Assembly (NCBI GenBank): GCA_013239625.1
Contig: MU054391.1
Span: 2,137,130-2,201,129 of the forward strand
Length of the DNA: 64,000 nucleotides
Direction of reading: 5' to 3'
From: Lama guanicoe
Taxonomy: Eukaryota
The notes below the pieces were generated by a model. That model did not search any database, was not told the DNA's origin, and saw only the letters and a list, made by a program, of their open reading frames with translations. This document shows, in pieces, positions 50,181 through 62,655 of this stretch. Made by a program: the position numbers and the translations under genes. How positions within the stretch are numbered: the first letter of the stretch is position 1; each line of letters opens with the position of its first letter.

Positions 50181-52949
50181 CAGGCTATCAGTCACCCTCC
50201 CTCCACCTGGAAGAAGTGGATGCGTAGGAACATCAAAGACGTAACAACTTCAGCTGTTGAGGCAAAGCCCTTATTAAAATTCAGACCCTTCTGGTTCCAA
50301 AGCCCATGACTGGTGCAGAATAACAGCACCGGGCACAGGAGGAGGCGCCACCTCCGACGCGGGGAGTCCCACAGTTAATTCTGACGGCGAGCAATGTATC
50401 GCCCAACACACACTCTTGGTGATGACATTCTTTTTTGATTCTTGTAGTGTGAGGGAAGTGTCCTCTTGTCAAAGAAGCGTCCATTATCTACAGGTCAAAA
50501 TCCTTCAGCTTCCCCGTTCTTGGTAATAATTCTGTATTGGAGATGGTTATCAAAGAGCAAATTGGTGCCACAGACTTCTTGCTAATTGAAATGCACTTTA
50601 ATTTTGAGGATTATGTCCCTTCTCATTGAAGAGTTGGGGATAATCTGTGTCACCAACCAAAGCTGAGTCATTGTGTTACAAACTTACGGTCATTGAATGT
50701 TAAAAACAATGATGATGGAGAGAACCATTTATTTATCCTGAGTAAAAGTCTTTCCAGATATCCTCCTTGTAAAGTTTACAGAATAGACAGTGCCTCAGGA
50801 AGCACTGAACTCTCGTCACAAGGGACGCAGGTGGATGCCCACTACTCCAGGCACATGAGCGTCTGTTTTCCTTATTCCTTTTGAGTATTCCCTTATCTTC
50901 CCTCTCCTCCAACTTCAATAAAAAAAGCAAGCAAATGGATGATAAAGGTCATTAATGTTGCATTTGAGTTAAATGAAAAATCCTAATAAAAATGACTTGA
51001 AAAACCTTAGGCTGCAGGCTCAGCTCGTTCCCTTTATAGCAGATCTCTATCACTATGCCTATAAAACGCATTTGTTCCAAAGGGCTTTGCAAGATTCATA
51101 TTTCAGAACAAAAATTAATGGCAGTGCCCTGAGTTGGAATGAAGAAATAAATGTTTAGATTATTTTATGATGACTAAATTAATTACTTTTCTCCCTGAAA
51201 TCAATGTTAAAATTGGAATTTGAGGAGCAACGTTTATCTACCACCTTCTATGAACATTAAGATGCAGTTATGCAAAAAAATACTCATTTCACCACCAGAG
51301 ATGCAATGGATATGATTCAATATAGGTTGTACCAGAAGCTTTATTTTTTAGGATGGGCAAAGACATTTTCCAAAAATCATTATTAGCTGAGAAACAAAAT
51401 TAAAGATAAAACTAATGTGAATATAAGTGACACTTGGGTCATATTATTGATGGGTGAGAGAGATGGTTATGTGAACATCTAAGCAATTGGACTATTTTTA
51501 CAAATGTGCCACAGTAATAAGAGCTATTTCAATATTTGAACTGTATCTTAAAGGATAGTTTGTGTATCCTGGGGCCTGAAAATATGAACACTTTCGAAAA
51601 CCCATTAACGGCCATTCTTACCCAAACACAGTGAAAAGCCGATGTCTTTAAATTCTGAGAACGGGGCAGGGCAGGAAGAACAAAGAGGGAGGAGGGTGGG
51701 AAGACTTACGGAGCTTGCACATGGGAAACCTCGTCAACCTGTGAGAAAACAGGATTTTTTAGACTCAGGTTTGTTGGTTGGTTGGTTGGTTGGTTTTTAG
51801 TGTAGCCACTTTTGCTTAAGCACATCATCTGAGAAGCAAGTGAAATGCAACTTTTGCTTCCAGTAATGGATTTACTAAATGAATGGCAAACTTAAATGTT
51901 CAGTTTTAGGTTGGAATACCAGAGTGTCCTATACAATAAAAAAAAAAATTCTAAAAACTATGTCAACAGCATTAACTCTAAGGCATACAACTGTTCCTGT
52001 GCGGTGCCAGATGTCACCCAGAAATGCTTCAGACATGCTTAGAAAGCGACCACAGGGGTGCTTTGGAAAAATAAACATTCCTTAATTTTATAACATGTTG
52101 AGATAGTATCAGATTAAATTTTCTTAAAGTCAAGTATTTTATGGAGTTATTTTTTGTGCGATGACTTTATTCCCCAGAAACTACAAATATTTTTAATTAT
52201 TTACTTTCATTCTTCAATTTTTCAGTGAAGAGGTCGCACCAATCAGCTCGTGATGACTCAGATCAGCATTTGTATAGCTGAGCGTGAGCGCGCATCCATC
52301 ACGAAGCCCCCCGGAAACCAATAAAGCGCTGCACTCTCCAAACCGGTTGTTCTCTAGAAGGGGAAGATTCCTAGCGCACTGTGAAGGCTTGAAATGGCTT
52401 TGAGAAGTCACAAGTAATCTTCAAGACTGGGTTAGCTTGTCCCATTATCTAAATGGCTATTTACGCCAATTATTTAATTTCTTGTTATTAAATTAATCCT
52501 AATGGATTTGGTAGATAATTTCAGTTTTTGTAAGTCACAGGGAAAAAATTAACTCACATTCCCCAGGGTATGACAGACAGACATTTGCGGACAAATGCGT
52601 GTTATTACTCAGCCAGAACATCCGCTTTCTGTTCATAGCAAGTGAATCACCTTTTCTGCCGACAAAGCAAAGGATCTGGAGAGAGCACTTAAAACAAGGA
52701 AACACTGGATTAACCACGTTCGGAGGAAATACCCTTCTTAAGGGTGTTAAGCATAAGCAGTAGAGATCTAGTTTCATCGTGTTCTCCGCATTTATTATTT
52801 TTAAATATTTGCATTTGAATAATCAGTAATCTCTCGTGCCAATTAAAACAAAAAAAAGAGAAACTATTCTTGATGTGAAGCTCATTAAATAAAATTGTTC
52901 CCGAAAGTTCCTTGCTTTAATTGAATATCTGAGCAGTGCCTGCACGGCT

Positions 52950-53389
52950 TGAGAGATGAACGTACACCTGGACAGAGGCCAGACCGTATTTGACAGCGGA
53001 GCTCAGACCCCTGACCTCTGCAGTGATTTCTCCAGGAACCCAAACCACAGCTTGGCAGCCATCAGCCCAGAGGTCTGGCCTTGGTCCATGACCACCAACT
53101 TTCCGCTTGTTGGCTCTGCTTCCAACTCAGTACCGACCAGGGAAAGTCAAACGTGTTCCCCAAACCACTCCCATAGATGCCTGACTTCTCTTAGCCCACC
53201 TCCAGCTCCCCCAGGCCCCAGACCTCCCCTGGAAGCTCACCTGAAACCCCCAACCAGCTTGCCCTTCCCCACGCCCCACCTGCCCACTCTCTGCCAAATG
53301 CCAGTGACGGCGCCTGCCTTCCTGGCGCCAGCAGGCTCTGGCTGAGTAGCCTCTCCGTGCTCCCACTCGGGTGATCATTTACTTCCACG
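52950..53389 (+). mobile_element. ERV1 solo LTR (MER110/MER90-like) with 4-bp TSD
   Basis: tgagagatgaacgtacacctggacag..ctgcttccaactcagtaccgaccagggaaagtcaaa..atttacttccac. GGCT is duplicated at 52946-52949 and 53390-53393. Confidence 0.8.
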
Positions 53390-55202
53390 GGCTTCATAGA
53401 AGCATATCCCTTTGTTAGTTTGGGATGTCCTTCTTTGCTGAAACACTTGTTTGTAACAGGGCAGATGCAGAAGGTCCTCTGTACAGAAAGTTTGGTGGCA
53501 GCAGCGGGGTTTGGGTGATGAGTGCCTGGTGTGAATAGTTAGTGGTTAAAGCTGGTCTCATGTATCTTTCCTCCTTACTCCCTCTTAACCAACCACATCT
53601 AATCGTTACTGCTTTAGCCTTTGGACTGCCTGTCTCCCATGTTCCTCTTCAATTTTTCCCTCTGAGACTGCAAGTTAAGGTCTTGACTATCTGCTTCACC
53701 TTATCCAGCTTTAAACCCCCTCTCTTCATTCGGATCTTTTGTTTTACTGTATACAGATATTCCTCCAAGCTTCTGACCACAAACTGATTATAAAAAAATC
53801 TCTTAACACTTCTGTTTTGCAGAATTCTACTTGGCAAAGCTGAGATTAGAAGCCGTGTGGAAAGGCACCGTTGGTTACTCTATTCACGTAACTATTTATC
53901 CATCCGTATGTTCACGCATCTTCCACTGCTACATGGTAACTCTCCAAATGTGAATTATAGTAGATGAATGTCCGAAACCGCTGTTGCCATAGCTGGTGAA
54001 TAAAGGCAGCGATGCAGAAAGCCTCTGCTCCAAATGACTGAGATGTAAAAAAGCAGGAAAAGGTGACCCAGTACTTCCTCGGATCCTTTCACAGACCGCA
54101 TTTAATTAAAAGACAATTCCTTTCTCTCAATTAGAGCACATAAAAATGGTGAGGAAGAGGGTTGGGTGGGGCACTTTGTTCTTTTAAAGTCCAATCTATT
54201 TTCCTGCAAATATTCAAATGCCGACCAGGTCCTAAACAAATACAACGAGGTGCTGCTCATGGGGTCAGGGTTAGATATCTTACCGCACGATGAACTCTCA
54301 CCACCAGCCTGAGACAAAGCCCAGAGAATGAATACTTAAAATGCATAAGCAATTGCCTTCCTTTGCTAACAGCTTACACCATAGGTTGCAAATAATATGT
54401 TCTAACGATGATAATAGGAGGGGCATTATAAACAAGCGTAGGTTCTCCTAACACTGTCAGCACACCGACTGTTTGCAGCGCGCTGTGTGCGCTGGCGCAC
54501 CCGCGTCAGCCCTGCGCGTTAGAAGCCACTGCCGCTGCGCTGCTCAGGTGCCGGAGGACGTCAAGGCTCGGGCACTCATCCGAGGGTGGGCTCTCTGCAG
54601 AGGCCTCCTAGAGCATTCATGACATTGTTTTCTTCTGAATAACAGACAACGGATTTCGAGTACTTCCAAGGCTTTATGTGACGGAAGTAAAGATGACAGT
54701 GCCCACCCCGGTGTGGTGCTGGAGGGACTGAGACACGTACTGTGGTCCTGGTCACGTGACGGTCGCTCCTTTAATGTCAGTGCCTCCTTTCTGCCCACTT
54801 CCCCACATGCGGGTGACACTTGTGTCTGTAGTCAGATTCCTCACCAACATTCTGGTTGCCACAGGATGCTGGGATGTGGTCACCTGGATGCTGTGTGTTA
54901 TCTCAGCCCCAACAGCTATGACTGTCACACTGGGGCAGGCAAAGATGATAGTAAATTTTTCACATGCATCTTCCAATGTTCAAAATGCATACTCTACAAC
55001 GTGAATTAGGGAAAAGTGGAATCAAATAGCCCTATACTTTGTTTTGGACACAGACGAGACATTTTAGACCACAAGGAGCAGGTGGGAACCTCAAAAACCA
55101 CATCATGTTATCTGTGGCTGATGTAATAGTTCAGTCATGCTTCACAGACTGTCCCCAGAGACTTCTGAATTCCTGAATATTTAAAAAATATTTTTTTCTC
55201 TT

Positions 55203-55504
55203 AAAAAAGAAGACACTCATGAACTCATCTATAAAATAGAAGCAGACTCACAGACATAAACAAACTTATAGTTATGGGGGGAAGGGTGGGGAGGGATAAA
55301 TTGGGAGTTCGAGATGTGCAGATATAGAAAAGAGATTAAAAAAAACTTATTCTGTACAGCATGGGGCACTATATTCAATAACCTATAATAAAAAAGAAAA
55401 TGAAGATGAATATATCTATGTACACATATGACTGAAACATTACGCTGCATGCCAGAAATTGACACATTGTAACTGACTATATTTCAGTAAAAACGAAATG
55501 AAAT
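55203..55504 (+). mobile_element. Camelid-type L1 3' UTR with A-tail
   Basis: gaactcatctataaaatagaagcagactcacagacata..gggataaattgggagttcgagat..ccagaaattgacacattgtaactgactata. A possible TSD aaaaatatttt sits at 55184 and 55505. Confidence 0.9.
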
Positions 55505-56599
55505 AAAAATATTTTCTACCTTTAAACTTGCTACAAAGGTCATGAGCAAAAAGGTCCTCAACTTTCTTTAAACTGCTCTTTCCTAGTGTTTCCACCTCAT
55601 AAGAAGGGTACTTCCAGGGACTTGCCTTTACAGTGTCATGCTGTGGTTTGTCCATGAGATGAAGTATCATGTCATCCTTACCAGGCCCGGAGCAATGCCA
55701 CTGCTTATCAAGTGGATGGAACGCTGTGGTTATCAGATGAAACAAGGCACAATGGCGCGCCTTTAAAGGCTCTGTCTTGAATAAATATGAGCAGAAAGTC
55801 AAACTCCGCGGAGGCCTCCAAGTGAATCTTATCATCAGGTTGAAATGAGCCGTTGACAAAAGCCCTGTTTGACTGTACCTGCTCAGAGGAACATGCAAAG
55901 CTCTTCCCAGTTTGCTTTCAGCACCCCTCTCACCACGGACACGCTGGCTCAGGGAGTCACGTGTCCTGCCTCACTGCATGATCCAACGCGAGAAAAGATT
56001 CCAAACCCTTGAACTCCCAAATGCTGGCATGTGAATAATTTAATACTTTTTTTGGATGTTTTATGTTTCATGTCTAATAATCTAAAGCAGGTCACCAGGC
56101 ATTTCGTCAGTTCATTCATAATTGAACCTTCACGGCTAATCGCCACGGAGTGCTTTCCCGTGTGATCGGCAGGGACCACAGCAACGGGCCACATCAGTTT
56201 GCAGCAGTGAGCTTCCTCTCAGTGGCTGGAGATGCCTCATCCTCTTGGCAGCTTGTCTATGGAAATCCAGTCACGACCCCTCCCAGTGTCCCCAGGGTGG
56301 CCGGAGTCATGGAGGACCAGGTAACTCACCGCCGTGACAGACAGACGGTCGTGGGGTCAACACCGCGCACCGTGCTTCAGTGAACACAAAGTCTGTGGCG
56401 AAGAAAGACTCGTTGAGAGGAAATGCTGTTGCCGTTTTTGGAGTCTGTGCAAGGTGCTGCTCACGGGGTCAGGGTTATATGTCTCACCACCACCCTGAGA
56501 TAAAGCCCAGAGGATCTGAGTTACTGGCTCAGGCGACAGAGCTGGTAAGTAGTTTGCCTCATTCTGGAACCTGACTTCACACTGCCTCTTGCAAATGTA

Positions 56600-56880
56600 A
56601 TTCACTCGTGTATCAACCCTTGGTTAAGGTACGTGAGATATATAACCAAATCTGGCAGAACTCCTGCCCTCGTGGAATTTGAAAGAGACAAAGAGATATG
56701 CTAGAAAAATAAATACATTTTATGTGCTTATAAAGCGGAGTAAGGGAGCGAGTGTGTGAAAGATAAGATAAGGCTCCCGGTTCCAATTTTGAACAGGGTT
56801 TTCGGGGCAGGACTCACTGAGCGTGCAGCACTAAGCTGCGAACTTTCGGTGGACGCCAGGGAGAGGGGACAGTGCTTCTA
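56600..56880 (-). mobile_element. L2 3' remnant
   Basis: tcctgccctcgtggaattt..attttgaacagggttttcggggcaggactcactgag. Confidence 0.5.
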
Positions 56881-57159
56881 CAGAAAAGTGACAAGTGAGA
56901 TAGGGCTTAAATAATAAAGATAAATTTACTAGGAAGAAAAAGGGAATTCACAGTAATGAGGTTAAAAAAATCACAAGGCTCTTGTGTCTCTCTGAGACAG
57001 AGAGATACAAAGAGAGAGTACCCTGGATTCTTTACCTCCTTCCCAAACACACCTAAGTAATTCTAGAGAATCGTTTGTTTAAAATAGTCAGCACCTATGT
57101 CTTCTCCATGAGCCTAGACCATTTGCAGGTGACAGTGTTTTGACTGATGAGATGGTGTT

Positions 57160-57586
57160 CAAAATGTGCTGGTGTTTAACCACCCACTCTGCAGAAAAAA
57201 ATGGTTTCATTTGTATCAGTCACCAACCACCATGGTGTAAATGTTCTAGCCACAGCCAGTTTGAAGCCACCAACAGGAAATCACTGAACAAGGACTTGGG
57301 AAGACTCGTGCATTAATACAGCGTTGTGTAGTGTTTCTACCCCCCCCACACGCAACGCATGCAAGTAACCGAAGTGCGTAGTGAGTGGTAAGATGTGGTA
57401 AAATAATTGGGAAGCAGTGCGTTTTCAATAATGACTTTTGCTTTTAATATAGTTAATTTAATAAAAGCTTATACAACTTAATTTTAAATGATTACCATGT
57501 TTAGCAACTGATTTACAAAATTTTTAAAAATGGAAAAAAAAAATGGCTCTCGTGAGCTGGTATGGGCTGGTTTCACCCCACCACTG
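57160..57586 (-). mobile_element. MER63-family hAT (Blackjack) DNA transposon
   Basis: Ends ggctctcgtgagctggtatgggctggtttcaccccaccactg. Internal catggtgtaaat and gtaaaataattgggaag match the MER63 layout. Confidence 0.75.
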
Positions 57587-57696
57587 GGTGGCGATGAAAT
57601 GAAGAGAATTCTGTGTTTTCTCTAAGTCAGATTTTAAATATTTTTGTTCTGAATGAATCCCGCAGTTCAGGGAAGCACACATTCAGAGGGCTTTCT

Positions 57697-57720
57697 GTGT
57701 GTGTGTGTGTGTGTGTATGT

Positions 57721-57753
<33 letters not shown>
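57697..57753. repeat. (TG)n microsatellite
   Basis: Direct reading. Confidence 0.95.
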
Positions 57754-57756
<3 letters not shown>

Positions 57757-57814
57757 TGGGGGACACGATACTTTTACGTAGAGCGTCGGTGCCTGGTGGG
57801 CAGTTAGGACCACC

Positions 57815-58170
57815 GCCAGCTTTGACGTCGTCCCACCTGTTGAGCTGTGCTTGTGTGGCTTGTACATCGCTGCCAAGTCCTACGCCAAGGAGCTCCTTCC
57901 CTGTGTTTTATTCCGGGAGATTTATGGTATCAGGTCTTACATTTAAATCATTAATCCATTCTGAGTGCACTTTTGTGAGTGGTGTGAGACAGGGGTCAGT
58001 CCAGTTTCATTCTCTGAATGTGGTTATCCACTTTTCCCAGCACGGATTGTGGAAGAGACTGCCCTTTCCCCGTTGAGGGTTCTCGGCCCCCTTGTCGGAT
58101 GTTAGCTGACCTCGTACGTGGGGCTATTTCTGGGCTCTCTGTTCTGCCCCGCTGAAGCCATCTGCCAGTT
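57815..58170 (-). mobile_element. L1 (L1MA-like) ORF2 fragment
   Basis: tcaggtcttacatttaaatcattaatccattctgagt..ttttcccagcac..tgtggaagagactgccctttcccc..tatttctgggctctctgttctg. Confidence 0.88.
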
Positions 58171-59074
58171 GAGTGGCCCCACCCGCCCGGGTGCCGCGCC
58201 GAACCCCTCACCAAGGGCAGCGTGACGCCAGCCGGTGGCGCGAGGTGTGTTTGGTTACCTTCCTTTGAACCCCTTTTATGTGGTAGCTCTGAAGGTAGAA
58301 AAAAGACAACTGCGGAGGCTGCCATGTTCACTCTTCTGGAATATACATGTGCCCCTGGCGCAGTGACAGCTGTCGACTTCCCCAGTGATCTTCTCTGGGT
58401 TTGAGCGTCTCTCCCAATACGAGCCGCTGCCCGGAGTGTCTTTTTATCTTCAAGATCTTAGGCTCTGTAACAATGGCACCGGGAGGCAGCGCGACAGAGG
58501 CATTCTTCCGTCCAGTCACAAGTATGTGTCGGCACCACCTGTAATGTTGAGACAAGTAACAGAGAAAAGTGGCGCTCTGTTGCTACTTCATCACAGAAAG
58601 AAGGACCCCCAGAATAGCACGCTTGCTGCCGAGCTACCTGGAAAGTCTAAAGAGGAGTAAGTGATGGGAGAAGCAGGAGCTAACAGGAGACGTTGCCTCA
58701 TGAGCTGGTGACTTTAAAGATGCCGCTTCTGGCTCTGCCCTGTTTTGTTACCCTCCCTCTTCTGTGTGGGTCGCAGGGCATTTTCCCATTTCCTAAAATG
58801 TGGGAAGGAGCGGGCTGCGCTGTTCTTTTTCCAAAGCGTCTTCCTAGAAACACGGCTTCTGCGCGAGCCCCCTGGAAACCCCCCTGCTTACTGACTGAGG
58901 GCGGGCGGCAGGATGCGTGTTTGTTGCTCTCCGAGCCCCATTAGTTGTTTTAAGGATTTGATTTTTAATAATCGAAACGAATTTGTGAGAAAGAAAGTGC
59001 AGTCTGCGAACAAAGGAACTTCACTTCCTTTGTTCTCAGTTGTGGAAGCTCAACGTTTCCTGAGTCAGCGACTC

Positions 59075-59185
59075 AGTCCCAGATTCACAGCTGAGGAAAC
59101 GTCCGCAAGGCAGCTCCTCACCCTGCTCAGTTCTAACAGGTGGTGGAGCGGACTGGAATCCAGCCTTTTCTGGTTCCAAAGCTGT
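59075..59185 (-). mobile_element. MIR core
   Basis: cccagattcacagctgaggaaac..ggtggagcggactggaatccag..tctggttccaaagc. Confidence 0.6.
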
Positions 59186-59603
59186 TTCTTTTTCCAAAAG
59201 CCCTGGGAGCACCCCCACCATGGTGTCCACCTGGGGGAAGATGAGGGGCGGTGATTAGGGCACTGAATTAGGGTCCGATGTCGGGAGCCCTGGGCTGAAC
59301 TCCTGATCCACAGATGGGAAGCTCGGTGACCTTCTTGATTTCTTTTGTCTCCTTTTCTGCAAATGTCCTGTTTGTTCCGTGAAAATCGTAAGGCATTTAA
59401 ACACTTTGTAACATTTAAGTAGAATGTTTAGTTGGGACAGACACGTTGATATTCTTGTACAGCAAATCTGGCAATTATGTTGGCATCATCACGCCCGTGA
59501 TAGATGCCGAAGCTCGTCTGGACCAGTTGCAGTCCAGAGACACCAAAGGGTCTCATGATTGCTTTTGCTTCCAGAGCAATGCCAAGAAAAGTGACCCACT
59601 GCC

Positions 59604-59774
59604 ATGTAAAAAATAAACAACAGGACCCACCGCGCAGCACAGGGACCTGCGCTCAGTATCTTGCAACAGCCTACAATGGAAACGAATCTGAAAAGAAGAC
59701 AGATCTCTCTCTCTCTCTCTACCTGAAATTAACACAACTTTGTAAACAACTATACTTCAATTAAAAAAAAAAAA
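59604..59774 (+). mobile_element. L1 3' terminus with polyA
   Basis: ataaacaacaggacc..cagcacagggacc..cagtatcttg..acctgaaattaacacaactttgtaaacaactatacttcaatt(A)13. Confidence 0.88.
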
Positions 59775-60764
59775 GCACGGAGTTTCTGACGTGTGGTCAA
59801 TAGACGAACTTCCTTGGACTCATTTAGGGAGCGAATTAAGATGGACCCCGGGGCCTGCACCCGAAAGCGTCTCCTGGTGGTAGGTGTGTGTGTGTCTCAG
59901 CTTTTCCAAATGCGCTTTATGTTCGAGAACATTTAGGACCTGCTGCACTGGACGCTGTGTAGCATCCCAGCAAAACCCAGTGTGCTGGGCACATTCTGAT
60001 TTGCAAACAATGGGCAGAGTCTCTCACCGACGGTCATCTCGCTTCCTTTGGTCAATTAGCTTTTGGAATCTAAACACTGGAAGAATATGCTGTTCCACTG
60101 AAGTTGTGTTCAGCTTTCAGTCATCCACGCGGGAAAAACCAGTCAGAAACCTGAAGCCTTGGGCCCACGGCAGCTCAGCTTCCCCCGGCCTGTGTGGTCT
60201 GTGTGGCGCTCTCACTCCGAGCCTCCGTCCCACCATCCTTGGGGAACCTGAGGCCGGGGGAGACCTCCTCCCGGGCTTGGTAAGGTTTGTATGATGAGGA
60301 AGGTTCACTCCTAGTCCGGCATTTTTCCCACAGAAACATCTGGTCCCCCTTCCCTGACCTCAGATACTGAGACATATGATGCACCCTCTTCCCTCTTCCC
60401 AGGGGCCACGAGCCAGACACCCTGGGTCCAGGCGGGAGCCAGGATGCCCTCACCCGGAGGCCACTGTGTGGGTTCTGAAAGTGACGTTCTCCTGAAAGTG
60501 TGGAATTAAATGCCAGATCCACCCTCCAAACATGCGGTGACGAGGAGGGCGACCAGGCTGAGGGGGCACTGTGACGCAGCTGACGTGAGCCAGGACAAAC
60601 TGAAGCGTGGACAACAGGACAAGGAGGGTTTCTGTCGGGGTTCAGACAGGGATGTGTGAAGCTGGGTTTTTAGACCACGCAGTTAGTGTCTAAGTGACTG
60701 TAGCAGAGGAGACAATATAATCACTTTGCTGCATATCCAAGCAGCCACCTGCTTCTTAATATCC

Positions 60765-60900
60765 AGATAAAGTGATAAAATGTGAGATTAACCCCAACAC
60801 GCGGTTTTACAGGCTGCACTTCTCTTTAAATTACACTGTGAGTGTGTCTCCACACCAATATTGTGTGTAATCTGTGTTACAGTAACTTCAGATTAAGTGA
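60765..60900. promoter_or_regulatory. T-box half-site cluster (enhancer candidate)
   Basis: AAGTGATA at 60770, AATGTGAGA at 60779, TTACACT at 60831, imperfect palindrome CACACCAATATTGTGTG at 60851-60867, TGTGTTA at 60873. Confidence 0.35.
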
Positions 60901-61399
60901 TTTCAGATGAATTTTTTTTTGCCAAAACTCTACTTTGAGAACAGTCACAGTATAATATTTAGTGTATGTAAAATAAAAGGGTTATTTTAATTTTATTTTT
61001 GCCATTGTAATAAGTATGGGAAGAATATTATCTAAATCTTTGCATATAATTCTGAATATTTATTTAGTAGAATCTGGTAAGAAATGCAATATGTCAAAAT
61101 ATTCTTTAAGATTTTTGATACCTCCCACAAAATGACTTTCCCAAAACACATTTTACTAGTTTTACAGTTCATCACCAAAGCAAATAACTGGTTTTTAACT
61201 TTTTTTGTCTTTTAAAATTTATTATGAAAATTTCCGAATTACAGGTCAGCAGAACCAGTGGTCCTGTACTGAGCACACAGCTGTTGTGATCGTCAGCAGT
61301 CAGCTCTGCCTGTTTCGTCTCTTCGCCCCGTCCCTGCCACCTCACTCCACTTTTTTTTTCTTTTTGGCTGCAGTGGTTTATTTTTTGTTTGCTCAGAGA

Positions 61400-61523
61400 A
61401 CCAGCATCGCCCAGGAGTTTGCTGGGAACAGTCTCACCTCCGGCCCCCGACCTCCTGAATTTGAGCCTGCGTTTCAGCGAGACGTCCGGAAGACCTGCAT
61501 GCCAGTCAATTTTGGAAAACACT
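61400..61523 (+). mobile_element. MER5-family hAT (Charlie) element
   Basis: cagcatcgcccaggagtttgctgg..gacctcctgaatttgagcctgcgtttcagcgaga..ttttggaaaacact. Confidence 0.6.
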
Positions 61524-62124
61524 TCATCACACTGTAGCGTCAGCAGCATTAAGACATTTTCCTTTTTGCTGGAGGGGAAGAATAAACAGGATTTAGAGAT
61601 GTTAACAGTCTGATTTCAGGCCTAGGAAGTGGGATGCCAGCACCAAGCTGAGAATTACTCACTGGTGTCAGCTGAGTCACCTGTCCAGAAATAGACGGAG
61701 GCAGAGCTGAGGTGAGCGGGCAAGGGCGTGTGGGGAGGGGGCGGCCACACCTGCACCTCCTCTAGTTCCAGCACAGCACCGTTCGGCGCTGAAGTCCAGG
61801 AACAGCCGTGACTCAGATGGGCAGGCCAGCCTCACTCCTACTGCCCCTTTTTTAGACTTTTGTCAATGGCTGTGGGTGGTTCCACCAATGATGTCACCAA
61901 GCCATGGAGTCAGCTCAGTAATCTCCACTTTAAAATGTGCACGCGCTCACCCAAGAGGCACACGCGCATGCACGTGAGTAGGGCATCACGCGTGCTTCTG
62001 TGTGTGCCGTGACCGTTCGTACGGCTGTGTCATCACACGTTTGACGACTTCCACTTAGTTTGCAAGTGTGCGTTTTTCGCTGACTGCCTTTGGAGCTAAT
62101 ATGGTATCAGTCTTTGTCCAGTTC

Positions 62125-62268
62125 GGAAGTGCTGAGCGTGACCTGGGGACCTGGTTAAAATGCAGATTCTAATTCAGTGGTTCCAGCGGGGATCCTGAGA
62201 TTCTGCACTTCTCCCAAGCCCCCAGTGTCGCTGCGGACACAGACGTGAAGACCCCACCTTGAATACGG
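62125..62268 (-). mobile_element. MER5-family hAT element
   Basis: acctggggacctggttaaaatgcagattctaattcagt..cctgagattctgcacttct..ccaccttgaata. Confidence 0.75.
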
Positions 62269-62429
62269 CCCGGGGATGCATCAAGTCTAAATCTAGTCTT
62301 TGCTGAATTTAGTAGTGATCCAAAGGCGATATTTGGTGCTTTTATCAGTCCTAGTTTAAATGACACCTTTCTTCTGAATACTATTCTTCATTTATTTTCG
62401 AATTTGTGAAGCATCATTTAAAAGTAAAA

Positions 62430-62655
62430 TAGGCTTGTGCTTTCAAGCAAAGTAGATTTGGGTTCAAACCTTGACTCTGCACCTGTGACTTCGGACTAAT
62501 AAAGTGCCATTTTCCCATTTTAATCTATGTTATTTAACTGAGCTGACCTCAGCTTCCCTGTACATCTCCATGTATAAAAACTGCTTCCAAGGAATTGTAA
62601 GAATCCAATGGAAGCAAAATGCAAGCTGCTCACACGTAGTAGATATTCAGCTGTC
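62430..62655 (+). mobile_element. MIR
   Basis: agatttgggttcaaaccttgactctgcac..tgtgactt..cctcagcttccc..cacgtagtagatattc. Confidence 0.6.

Noticed and set aside
55005..55030. Third, antisense MER121-like copy (gggaaaagtggaatcaaat)
   Set aside because: The match is limited to ~17 bp and the flanks do not extend the alignment.
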